Source: a virus
Taxonomy: Duplodnaviria > Caudoviricetes
Reading direction: 5' to 3' (one strand)
IMG/VR virus record: IMGVR_UViG_3300045996_001309
Location: 1 to 61,452 of that record
Length of the DNA stretch: 61,452 bases
Positions 8,186 to 16,606 of the stretch are shown in pieces (the first letter of the stretch is position 1; the number at the start of each line of letters is the position of its first letter). Under the pieces are notes generated by a model. It ran no database searches. It was given only the letters and a program-made list of their open reading frames with translations, and was not told the origin of the DNA. Position numbers and translations under genes: made by a program.

Positions 8186-11100
8186 CGCGTGCCGACTGAC
8201 CGTTGAACCCCTTCCTCAGCGGCGTCGAACAGGTGCCGAAAACCAATCGTGTTTTGTAAAGGCAGTATGCGTCGAGCGGCGTTTATATCACCTTCGGTAG
8301 GATCACCCGTTGCCGCGCCACGAACAGCGCGACCAGCATCCTCGATTAACCCGCCCGTGGGGCCAGTGACAGCGCCGAGCACGCCGCGACTCGAATAGCG
8401 CGATGTCGGCGCTTCTCCGATAAAGCGCTGCAACCCGACTGCGCCGCCAGTAGCTTTTTCCATCGTATTGTGCGCGTCGAACAGCCATCCGGTAAGGCCC
8501 GAGCGATCGACGCCCTCGCGCAGCCATTGCGCCATCCCGTCCGCCGTCGTCGGGTCGGGCAGATCCTTCTTATTTGGATTGTCGTTGAGCTGGTGCTTGA
8601 CGTAATACGTCATCATCCCGAGCGCTGTCATCAACAGCACACCGTTTAGCGTCGCCATGTCGCGACGCTGTAACCCACTCAGCAGCACTCGCTGCGTCGA
8701 TGACATCGCAAAACCCTTGAACTGCCCAAGCAGCCTGCCGGTATTGCCCCAGGCGCCGGACATGATGAGCGGGCGCTCCATACCCGGCGTGACGATGATC
8801 TCGTCCACCTCTTTGGCAAGCGCCCCACGAAACGCATCTACTGCCGCTTGGTCGTCCCATGCTGCTGTATTTGCCCACCAAACGCCGCCATCGGTTTTCT
8901 CGCCGTGCGCCTTAAACTGAGCCGTGATGCGCTCGGCCTCGTCTTGTCCGATTCCCAGGCGAGCAAGCCGGGTTGTCTCGGCCTTTGAGACGCCGCTGCC
9001 GGCAGCCAGTTTCTCAACCGCTTGCAATGTGCGGGTCTGCGAAACGACACCAGCAAACTGCTTCATGGCGCTATTCCACGGCGCCATTAGGGTGGCTAAC
9101 CCGAACTTACGCGACATGCCTTGTAGACCGCGCTCGTATTTCGACCAGCGCCCGTAATCATCGAGCATGTCGGCCATCGCCATTGCCCGCGTGTCGAGCA
9201 CCATGTCAAGCGCGGTGCCGGCGAGCTGCGTCTCCTTTCCTGCTAAACGAAACTTCTTAAAGTTGCTTAGCATCGGCGCGAGCCCGTCGCGCGCAACTCG
9301 CGAGATGCCGTGAACCATGACGGCACGGCCAACATCGGAAAACGCCGAGATCGTCATGCCGCCAAGCAGACGCAGATAATTCAAATCACGAATTACGTGG
9401 TACGCGCGGTTAGCCAAGCCGTTTGGATTGTCGGGCAGACCATAGGTGCCACGGAGACGATCACGCACAGCGGCAATGTCGCGAATGTCGGCGCGCATCT
9501 GGGCATCGAGCTTCTTTAACTCAGCCTCACTCTTGCCTTGACGCAGTATTTCGTAATCAGAAAGGATCTTCTTGATCTGATCTTCCATATCAACCCGGCC
9601 GAACTTCTCGGTCAGGGTCACGTCGGAGGCCATCGTGCGGTTATAGAGACGCGCGATCACGCGCACGTCGCTCTCAAGAATGTCCTCGATCATCTCGTCG
9701 GGGATTTTGAACGCGCGATGCGCTAGCGGACCACGAGGCGGCGGTCCATCACTCGGGCGCCCGCGAGGCGATGGCGTCTCGACATCGTAGGGTAGTCGGC
9801 CGATCGGCGTGCTAAGGATGCGATCGATAATCTGCTTCGCGATATCATTAAGGTCTTCTTCTTCCTGGCGAGTGTTCGCTCTCGCAATTGCCCGAGCCGC
9901 CTTCGACACCGGCTTGTCGGCCTCCTTTAGTCGGCCCTTACCCGGTTCACGAGTCGCTTCTTTCTCCGCACGGCGCTTCAGAGCGCTCTTGGCCTTCATG
10001 CTGGTGTTGCCTTCCCAGCTCGAAACAAGATCCTCGATTTCGGCGCGGATCGCCTCCAGCCGGGCCTGATCCTTATCAAGCCGCCCACCGATCTCGTCTA
10101 TAATACCCTCAGTGCCGCTTGCCTGATCGGATAGCGTATTGATACGCCCGCGAATGCGGCTTTCAAACACGGCGCCGCCACGAGCAGCCCCGCCCTTGCG
10201 GCGCATCTCCTCTTTGAGATCGCCGCGTAGGCGCCGAAGCTCGCGACGGTATGGCCGGATAAGTTTCCCGATTTCAGTCCGAGCTTGCACTAATCCGGCG
10301 CGTTCCTCGGGGGAGAGGCCGCTCCCTTCGCGAGCAAGCCGCTGCACGGCCTTTACGAAATCATCGCCGCCGGCAATAACGTCTACCAGAGTTTCCCCGT
10401 CGCGCAGGCCCGCCAGGGCGTCTTCCGCGACCGCTCGCTGCTGTGGTGTAAACCGAGCCTCGATATTCCTAATACTCGCGCGAATCTGGTCTATCGGTTG
10501 CGTCATCGCAGCTGAACGCTTGAACGCAAAGGCGTTCAGCCGAGAGACTTCTTCGCGCCGGATCTCCTGTTCACGCAACTTACGCGAGCGCAATTCTATT
10601 TTCGCTTCCCGCTTACGCACCCTGCCGGAAAGCTCCTTCTGCTCCGTGATTAGGTCAGAGACCTTGCCTCGGATCGTGTCTTTCTTCGCCTGCTCGTCGG
10701 CCAGCCATCCCGCAAATCTTTGGGTAATCTCAGGACGCTTTGCGATGATCCTCTCGTTATTGTAGACCCGCATAAAATACGACAGGGCAGTATCGGTCGA
10801 CACGTCCTCATCAAGGAGCCCGGCCTTGATCGCCCGCTCTTTCCACGGATCGAACACCCGATCACGCATCAGCTTAGCTGCTTGCGCAACCTCGGGAACT
10901 TCATGTTGATCCTCGCGACGCATCGCGCGACCGACTTGTTCAGCAAACTCGTCATAGGACAGCTTGCCGGCACGATCGCGCACAAGATCACCGACAGCGA
11001 GCCGGGTCACGCTGCCAATGCCTCGATCCCCGCCGGTACGGTAGCGCACAAACAGATCGTCGAGTCCGCCCAACGCCTCCGCGAGCGGAGCACTCGCCTG

Positions 11101-12834
11101 CCGAAGGTCAGTCTCGACGGCGCGCGGCGATGGTATTCCTTCCTCGTTCTTTCGCAGCCCGACTGGCAGCTCGGCAAGCTCCTGTATCAGGTGGCGCGAT
11201 TCCAATGATGGCGAGAACATCGGCCGCAAGTTTGGTGCGGTCTGCGCGAGCGCCCGTCCCATCCCGAGCGCACTTTGCAGGGTTTCCTGCTCAAGGGTTG
11301 TGTCACGAGCCGCCGCCGCGCCGGCCGATCCGCCACGAGCGGAAATGCCTGTTTCTAGCGCCTGTCGGCGAGCAATATCGTCCAGAGCTTGTAGCGATTC
11401 CGGTCCAAGCGTTATGTCAGGTGTCATGCTTTGCGCCGGTACGGGAGATGGGTTACGTTGAACATCTTCCCCGTTCTTCTTTAAGACCTCAATGCGCGCC
11501 TCGTCAAAAATGACGTAATTACGTGTACCCGATTTAGCGGCGCGAGATTCTTCATCAAAAAATCGCAAACCGTGCAATCCGGCACGAGCCAAGGCTTCTG
11601 ACGCTTCCTGAAACCCCCCGCGCCCTCCCCGATTAAGTCCTCGGCGCAACGCCCAATAAACATCTTCTCCCGTGGAATTAGGATCGAGAGCGCGCTCTCG
11701 GCTCCACGCTCTCCCGAAAGAATCACGAAATCCCCATTTGGGGATGGAATCCACGGCTTTGGCAACAGCCGCCTGTACTGCGGGTGATTGCTGCCCTAAA
11801 GGTAATTCCAAATCCATAATATCCGCAACGTGCAGATTCACCTCATATAAAGAGCCACCATCTCTATAGGTAGATGCAACATCGGGTGATTCTGCAAAGT
11901 ACATACCATAACCGTATGTTTGATTCCCTTCTCCAGTGCCAATCAGAGCTTTGCGGAATTTGGTCACATCGTGACGCGATCCGTGATACGCGGTTATCGG
12001 AGCCGCCACCCGTTCCTGCGGCTCGGGAAAATCTCCCCGATTAAGGTACGATCGCAGAACCCCCCCTGATGGTGCAGCGCTTGGTTGCGTAACGGAAGCA
12101 TCCTCGTCCACGTAGCCGCGTTCAATCGCGCCAAGCTCGCGCCCATAGTCTTCACTCTCACGCATCACGCGGCTGGAAAATTCTTCCAACCCACGCGCCA
12201 CGCCCTGCGCCACAGGACGGCTCAGTGCCCCGATAGCGCCACCTAGTGCGCCGCCGATGACGGTCGATGCAGCCACGTTTACCGCGCTCTCGCTCCACGG
12301 GCGCGTTACTTGTGTCGCCTGAAGTCCGGCTTCCTGCGCAGCGGTGCCGACGGCCGACGCAGCTCCGATCCGTGCGGCGCCTGCCAACGCTCGACCAGTG
12401 CGCGTCACGGCCATGAATTGCCCGCCAACAGGAATTACCGTCGTCGGGTCTAGTAATGTTGCCGCGCCAGAAGCAAGCAATCCCATGACGCCGCCATTGG
12501 CCTGTATGTCAGCGCGGCGACGCTCAGCGTCGATGCGAGCCTTCGTGGCAAGGACATCATCCTCGCTGTTGTCTCCAAGGAAGGCGCGCGCGTGATCTTC
12601 GTATCCGCGAATTCTCTCGCCATCCTGCCCAAACGGGTCAAAGCTCGGATCGAACGGCGCGCGGGCAGGCTGCGTCAGCGCTTCTGCCGCTGAGCCGACC
12701 ACGTTATTGCGTAGCATTTCCGTGCCGAACAGCGTCGAGAACGGAGCTGCCGGGGCGCTGGTGGCAAGAGGCTCGGCTAGTTGCGGGACGAGACCAGACA
12801 CCGGAACCTGATCATCGTCGGCCAGGATCGGCAT
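8182..12834 (-). CDS. Large internal virion (ejection) protein, T7 gp16-like position, with an ART-like insert
   Basis: 1550 aa helical protein, last of the ejection trio. GQFKGFAM-type C-terminal region. YHGS...GEGNQTYGYGMYFAE insert. Confidence 0.8.
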   Translation of the reverse strand: MPILADDDQVPVSGLVPQLAEPLATSAPAAPFSTLFGTEMLRNNVVGSAAEALTQPARAPFDPSFDPFGQDGERIRGYEDHARAFLGDNSEDDVLATKARIDAERRRADIQANGGVMGLLASGAATLLDPTTVIPVGGQFMAVTRTGRALAGAARIGAASAVGTAAQEAGLQATQVTRPWSESAVNVAASTVIGGALGGAIGALSRPVAQGVARGLEEFSSRVMRESEDYGRELGAIERGYVDEDASVTQPSAAPSGGVLRSYLNRGDFPEPQERVAAPITAYHGSRHDVTKFRKALIGTGEGNQTYGYGMYFAESPDVASTYRDGGSLYEVNLHVADIMDLELPLGQQSPAVQAAVAKAVDSIPKWGFRDSFGRAWSRERALDPNSTGEDVYWALRRGLNRGGRGGFQEASEALARAGLHGLRFFDEESRAAKSGTRNYVIFDEARIEVLKKNGEDVQRNPSPVPAQSMTPDITLGPESLQALDDIARRQALETGISARGGSAGAAAARDTTLEQETLQSALGMGRALAQTAPNLRPMFSPSLESRHLIQELAELPVGLRKNEEGIPSPRAVETDLRQASAPLAEALGGLDDLFVRYRTGGDRGIGSVTRLAVGDLVRDRAGKLSYDEFAEQVGRAMRREDQHEVPEVAQAAKLMRDRVFDPWKERAIKAGLLDEDVSTDTALSYFMRVYNNERIIAKRPEITQRFAGWLADEQAKKDTIRGKVSDLITEQKELSGRVRKREAKIELRSRKLREQEIRREEVSRLNAFAFKRSAAMTQPIDQIRASIRNIEARFTPQQRAVAEDALAGLRDGETLVDVIAGGDDFVKAVQRLAREGSGLSPEERAGLVQARTEIGKLIRPYRRELRRLRGDLKEEMRRKGGAARGGAVFESRIRGRINTLSDQASGTEGIIDEIGGRLDKDQARLEAIRAEIEDLVSSWEGNTSMKAKSALKRRAEKEATREPGKGRLKEADKPVSKAARAIARANTRQEEEDLNDIAKQIIDRILSTPIGRLPYDVETPSPRGRPSDGPPPRGPLAHRAFKIPDEMIEDILESDVRVIARLYNRTMASDVTLTEKFGRVDMEDQIKKILSDYEILRQGKSEAELKKLDAQMRADIRDIAAVRDRLRGTYGLPDNPNGLANRAYHVIRDLNYLRLLGGMTISAFSDVGRAVMVHGISRVARDGLAPMLSNFKKFRLAGKETQLAGTALDMVLDTRAMAMADMLDDYGRWSKYERGLQGMSRKFGLATLMAPWNSAMKQFAGVVSQTRTLQAVEKLAAGSGVSKAETTRLARLGIGQDEAERITAQFKAHGEKTDGGVWWANTAAWDDQAAVDAFRGALAKEVDEIIVTPGMERPLIMSGAWGNTGRLLGQFKGFAMSSTQRVLLSGLQRRDMATLNGVLLMTALGMMTYYVKHQLNDNPNKKDLPDPTTADGMAQWLREGVDRSGLTGWLFDAHNTMEKATGGAVGLQRFIGEAPTSRYSSRGVLGAVTGPTGGLIEDAGRAVRGAATGDPTEGDINAARRILPLQNTIGFRHLFDAAEEGVQRSVGTR

Positions 12835-15587
12835 CAGCGCGCCATCTCATCGCTCTGGATCAGCGGGCTTTGAGTGGGAGGAATCTCGCCCCGCCGCAAT
12901 GCGCGCATCTCATCAAGCGTGCGCCGCCGCCCTTCCTGCCGACGCTTGTATTCCGCACTCGCTTCCCAGCTTGGTGCCCAGCGAAATTGACGATCCCAAC
13001 TACCTTGTTGGTTTTTCAAGTACACTTCATATGCTGGGCGGCCATCTGGGGCTGGCTTGTCGCTCGGCGCTAAAAGCAGGCGATCCGGAGTAACGGGTTC
13101 AGCCGTCATCGCGTTTGCCGTGAGTTCACCGATAAGCTGCTCGTTCATCCAGTCAGCATTCTCATCTTCGGAAAGTGCCGGAACGCCGTAGAATTTCTCG
13201 GGAGAGAATTTAGAATAGCGCGCACCCTCGCCGCCGACCCGCGTGCGTCCCCAGACGCGGCTGATCGTGTCCATCGCCCGGCTGCGCGCAGCATCCAAAT
13301 CGCCGGTTGCGATATACTCGCTCTTCGCCAACTCTCCGAACTCAGCCATCATCACTGGATCAACACTCGGGTCATGCCCCCATGTGTCTTTTTTGTCTTC
13401 AAGCCAACGGCGATCACTGCGCTCGCGGATTGTGCTGTCTTTGCCGCGCTCGTCGTCATAAGCCGCCTCGCGAGCCGCGCTCGTCGTTTTATCGACCTTT
13501 AGGCTCTCGACTGCGCGCTGCACCGCGATTTCTGGAGGCATGCCTTTGCGGTTGTTCGACAAGATTAACTCGCCGAAACGCATATCCTTTTCATCGCCGA
13601 TTTCACCGACAAGCTGCGGATTGGCGACACGCAGTTGCTCGATCGCATTCGCTGCCATCAGCGCCTGTTCCGGCCGACCGGAATGCAACCCGCCCCGGAT
13701 CATCTTTTGCAGCCCGTCCGGCACCAACCCATATCGAGCCGAGTATGCGATGGCGTTGGGGATCGCTTCTTCCGGCTTCCACGACGCCGATTCCTGGGCG
13801 TAATGCAGGTTAAGACCGAGCCGATCCTCCTTTGATTTCGGGTCCAGAGCCGGCCCGCCCGCGCCAGCCGAAGCGGCACGGTGCATCAGGCGGGAGACCT
13901 TAATCCGCTCCTCTTCCAGCTTAGCTTCGGCCTTGGCGCGTTGCTCCTGTATCCTGTCGAGCGTCATAATTCCCTGACGCTCCGCTTCTGGCGAGATATC
14001 TCCGACCCTACGTCGCTCTCTGATTTCCGCTTCCGTTATCTCCTCTCGGCTCGCCCGCAGGAGGATCTCGTTATTCGCCTCCGATTGCTCAAACTCAAAC
14101 TGGCGCTTGCTTTTCTCGACCCGACCAATGGCGATATTCTTGATTTCTTCCGGAGCATCCGACGCTTGAATGCGATCGATCTGCCCCTTCCAATCGGGGC
14201 GAGCTGGGGCTTCAGAAAGAGCCCCCTCGTCCAGCGGTATCGGCGCTCCGCTTGCGGGAGCTGCGTCAATCTCTGCGGATAGCGCGGCGTCTGTTGTTTC
14301 GTCAATGCGAGACGCAACTTGCGTAGGCCGCCCTCCCCCCATTTTTCGAGCGGTCGATTGCCGCAATCCGCCAGCAGTCATCCGCGCAAGTTGCGGGTTA
14401 GCGTCGATCACGTTCTCTGAAAAGAGATCGCGCACTGGCGTATCCGGGGCCGCCCTTAACACCTTTTCGGCACCAGCCGGTCCTAAGAAATGCGCCAGAT
14501 AGATTGCACCAGAATCTGTTGGGAGACCTTTCTCAGCCAGAAAGGATTTATTTTTTTCGGCATAAGCTGCCGTCATCCGGCGAGACAGGACGGGATTGTT
14601 TCGTAACGCCAACAATTCCGCGTCAGATTTCCCTGAAGCTACCTCGGGGGCTTCACCCTTGACCATTGACAGCCAAGTGGAATCTATAAATTGCCCCAAT
14701 CCGGTGGCAGACGAACGAGGGTTTTTGGCATCGGCACGGCCAGCGCTCTCAATCCCGATAATCCGATCAACTAAATCGCCACCGCCCTGGGTCCGCTCGT
14801 ACAAGCTGCGCCCAAGCTCCTGGTTAAGCTCTGGCCTGATGCCAGAACGTAGTCGGTTGAGCGTCGTCGGATCAAGGACGGGTGCAACTTCGTTGAGGAA
14901 TTTGTCAGCTTCGGCTACACGGTTATTCGAACTCAGCCACGCGAACCGCTCGACCGCAATCTTCTCTTGAGACTTCCTGATGAGCGCATCGGTCTTGGTC
15001 TTGCCGTGGATTGGCTCCAGATTGGCAAGAAGCTGCCCGAGAGATTCGCCTGCCGCACGCTGATGCCCCGGATCGTCCGCGCGAGCGGCGAGCTGAATAA
15101 GATCATCCGCTTTTTGCAGTACGCCCGCTTCCCAACGATCTTGCCAAATCCCAAGCTGCTTGGTATCAGCTAGGGCTTGCGCCCGAGATGCGCGTTCTTG
15201 CGTTCGAGCGGCCCATAAGGTTCGCGCTTCCGGATCAGTGATCCCGGCCCCGGCGCGGCTGACAAACTCCGGTATTTGCTGCGTGAGCGCCGTCAGTTTT
15301 TCTGGGTCGGTTTCGTTCTTTGCGGCAGCTTCCCAACGAATGAAATTGCCGGTGGCGTCAGCATCGGCGAGCGCCATCTCGATTCGGCTCCGCTTCAGCT
15401 TCTCGCGCTCTGCCTCTCGATTCTGATCCGCTGCTATAGCAAACCCTGTCGCGCCGAGCCGTTGCGTCTCGCGCCCAGCATCGACCAGCGCCGCCGCAGC
15501 GGGGTCACTCGTCGGATACTGCGGCAACGGTGTCGTGCTGCGCGGGTCGTTAAACCCGAGATCGGCGAACGTCGGGATGCGCGCCAT
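12834..15587 (-). CDS. Internal virion protein with a lytic transglycosylase-like domain
   Basis: IIGIESAG..AKNPRSSATGLGQFIDSTW and YLAHFLGPAGA motifs, plus synteny. Confidence 0.8.
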   Translation of the reverse strand: MARIPTFADLGFNDPRSTTPLPQYPTSDPAAAALVDAGRETQRLGATGFAIAADQNREAEREKLKRSRIEMALADADATGNFIRWEAAAKNETDPEKLTALTQQIPEFVSRAGAGITDPEARTLWAARTQERASRAQALADTKQLGIWQDRWEAGVLQKADDLIQLAARADDPGHQRAAGESLGQLLANLEPIHGKTKTDALIRKSQEKIAVERFAWLSSNNRVAEADKFLNEVAPVLDPTTLNRLRSGIRPELNQELGRSLYERTQGGGDLVDRIIGIESAGRADAKNPRSSATGLGQFIDSTWLSMVKGEAPEVASGKSDAELLALRNNPVLSRRMTAAYAEKNKSFLAEKGLPTDSGAIYLAHFLGPAGAEKVLRAAPDTPVRDLFSENVIDANPQLARMTAGGLRQSTARKMGGGRPTQVASRIDETTDAALSAEIDAAPASGAPIPLDEGALSEAPARPDWKGQIDRIQASDAPEEIKNIAIGRVEKSKRQFEFEQSEANNEILLRASREEITEAEIRERRRVGDISPEAERQGIMTLDRIQEQRAKAEAKLEEERIKVSRLMHRAASAGAGGPALDPKSKEDRLGLNLHYAQESASWKPEEAIPNAIAYSARYGLVPDGLQKMIRGGLHSGRPEQALMAANAIEQLRVANPQLVGEIGDEKDMRFGELILSNNRKGMPPEIAVQRAVESLKVDKTTSAAREAAYDDERGKDSTIRERSDRRWLEDKKDTWGHDPSVDPVMMAEFGELAKSEYIATGDLDAARSRAMDTISRVWGRTRVGGEGARYSKFSPEKFYGVPALSEDENADWMNEQLIGELTANAMTAEPVTPDRLLLAPSDKPAPDGRPAYEVYLKNQQGSWDRQFRWAPSWEASAEYKRRQEGRRRTLDEMRALRRGEIPPTQSPLIQSDEMAR

Positions 15588-16229
15588 CTAATACAGGATA
15601 TCCAAGAGGCCCAAGCCGCGATTACGGCGACGGGAGCGATACGGGTCGATCAACCCGGTGGGTGTAGCGGGCGTCTGATCCGCCTCAGCAAGATCGCTAA
15701 ACGAGCCCGCCGTGTCGGACCCACCCATCGAACTAACGCCTCTCGCCAAGCTGCTGGCGCCTGAGAACAGTCCGGACATCGTTTGTATCGGTCGCGCTGC
15801 ATCGATTCGATCGGCCTTGAACAGCTCCAGGTCAGCCTGTTGATTCGACGCCCTCGATCGCGACATCCCCTCGTATAGCGCCGATAGCGCGTTGTAATCG
15901 CCCTGACCCGCAATACCGGCTTCTATGTTAAGCTGCGTCGGGCTGGCAACAGCCGTACCGCTCGCTGCCCCCAGGCTACGTGCGCGCGACTGAACGAGAT
16001 CGGCTTTCCGCGATTCCGTGGCCGCCGCGCGCTGCCCGATTGCCGCATCTTCATTTGCCTTCTGCTTCAGCGCGATAGCGTTATTCCTAGCAACCGCCTC
16101 CTGATAATCGGCCTGCTGCTGTTGGCCGCGCATCGACATAATTGTGCCGCCGATCGACGCAATGACACCGAGCGCCGGGATATGGCACATGCCAGGAGGC
16201 TCGTATTCGAGCCAGCGATCGGGGATCAT
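15588..16229 (-). CDS. Small internal virion protein (T7 gp14-like position)
   Basis: Hydrophobic N-terminal segment, Ala/Gln-rich helix and GAASG motif. ATG 16229 overlaps the upstream stop codon. Confidence 0.7.
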   Translation of the reverse strand: MIPDRWLEYEPPGMCHIPALGVIASIGGTIMSMRGQQQQADYQEAVARNNAIALKQKANEDAAIGQRAAATESRKADLVQSRARSLGAASGTAVASPTQLNIEAGIAGQGDYNALSALYEGMSRSRASNQQADLELFKADRIDAARPIQTMSGLFSGASSLARGVSSMGGSDTAGSFSDLAEADQTPATPTGLIDPYRSRRRNRGLGLLDILY

Positions 16230-16606
16230 AAAAAAGAACATCGGTACACCGGACCCAGCTCGCTTTTCATCGTCTCATCCGGAACAAATCCAAGACGCTC
16301 AAGAAGTTTGACTGATCCCGATATGGAGAGATCGCAGATCACGTACAGCGCCGGCTCATTTTCTTCGCGCAACAGCTTCAGCATTTCGAGAGATCGGCGA
16401 TATACGGTTGCAGCCGGCATCTGCTCGAAAGCGTCATACCAAGCCCATGCCCGCCCCCACTGATCCCATGTCACCTGGGCGATAGCGACCACCGCTCGAT
16501 TGCGCTCGGCGACGTACCCAACAGGATCGGCGATACACCATGCCGGCGGTAAGCGGAGACCAGCGGCATCTACGTCATCAGATGTGACGCAGCGAACCCG
16601 CAGCAT
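16226..16606 (-). CDS. GNAT-like virion assembly protein (T7 gp13-like position)
   Basis: SVKLLERLGF motif, located between the nozzle and ejection genes. Confidence 0.65.
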   Translation of the reverse strand: MLRVRCVTSDDVDAAGLRLPPAWCIADPVGYVAERNRAVVAIAQVTWDQWGRAWAWYDAFEQMPAATVYRRSLEMLKLLREENEPALYVICDLSISGSVKLLERLGFVPDETMKSELGPVYRCSFL

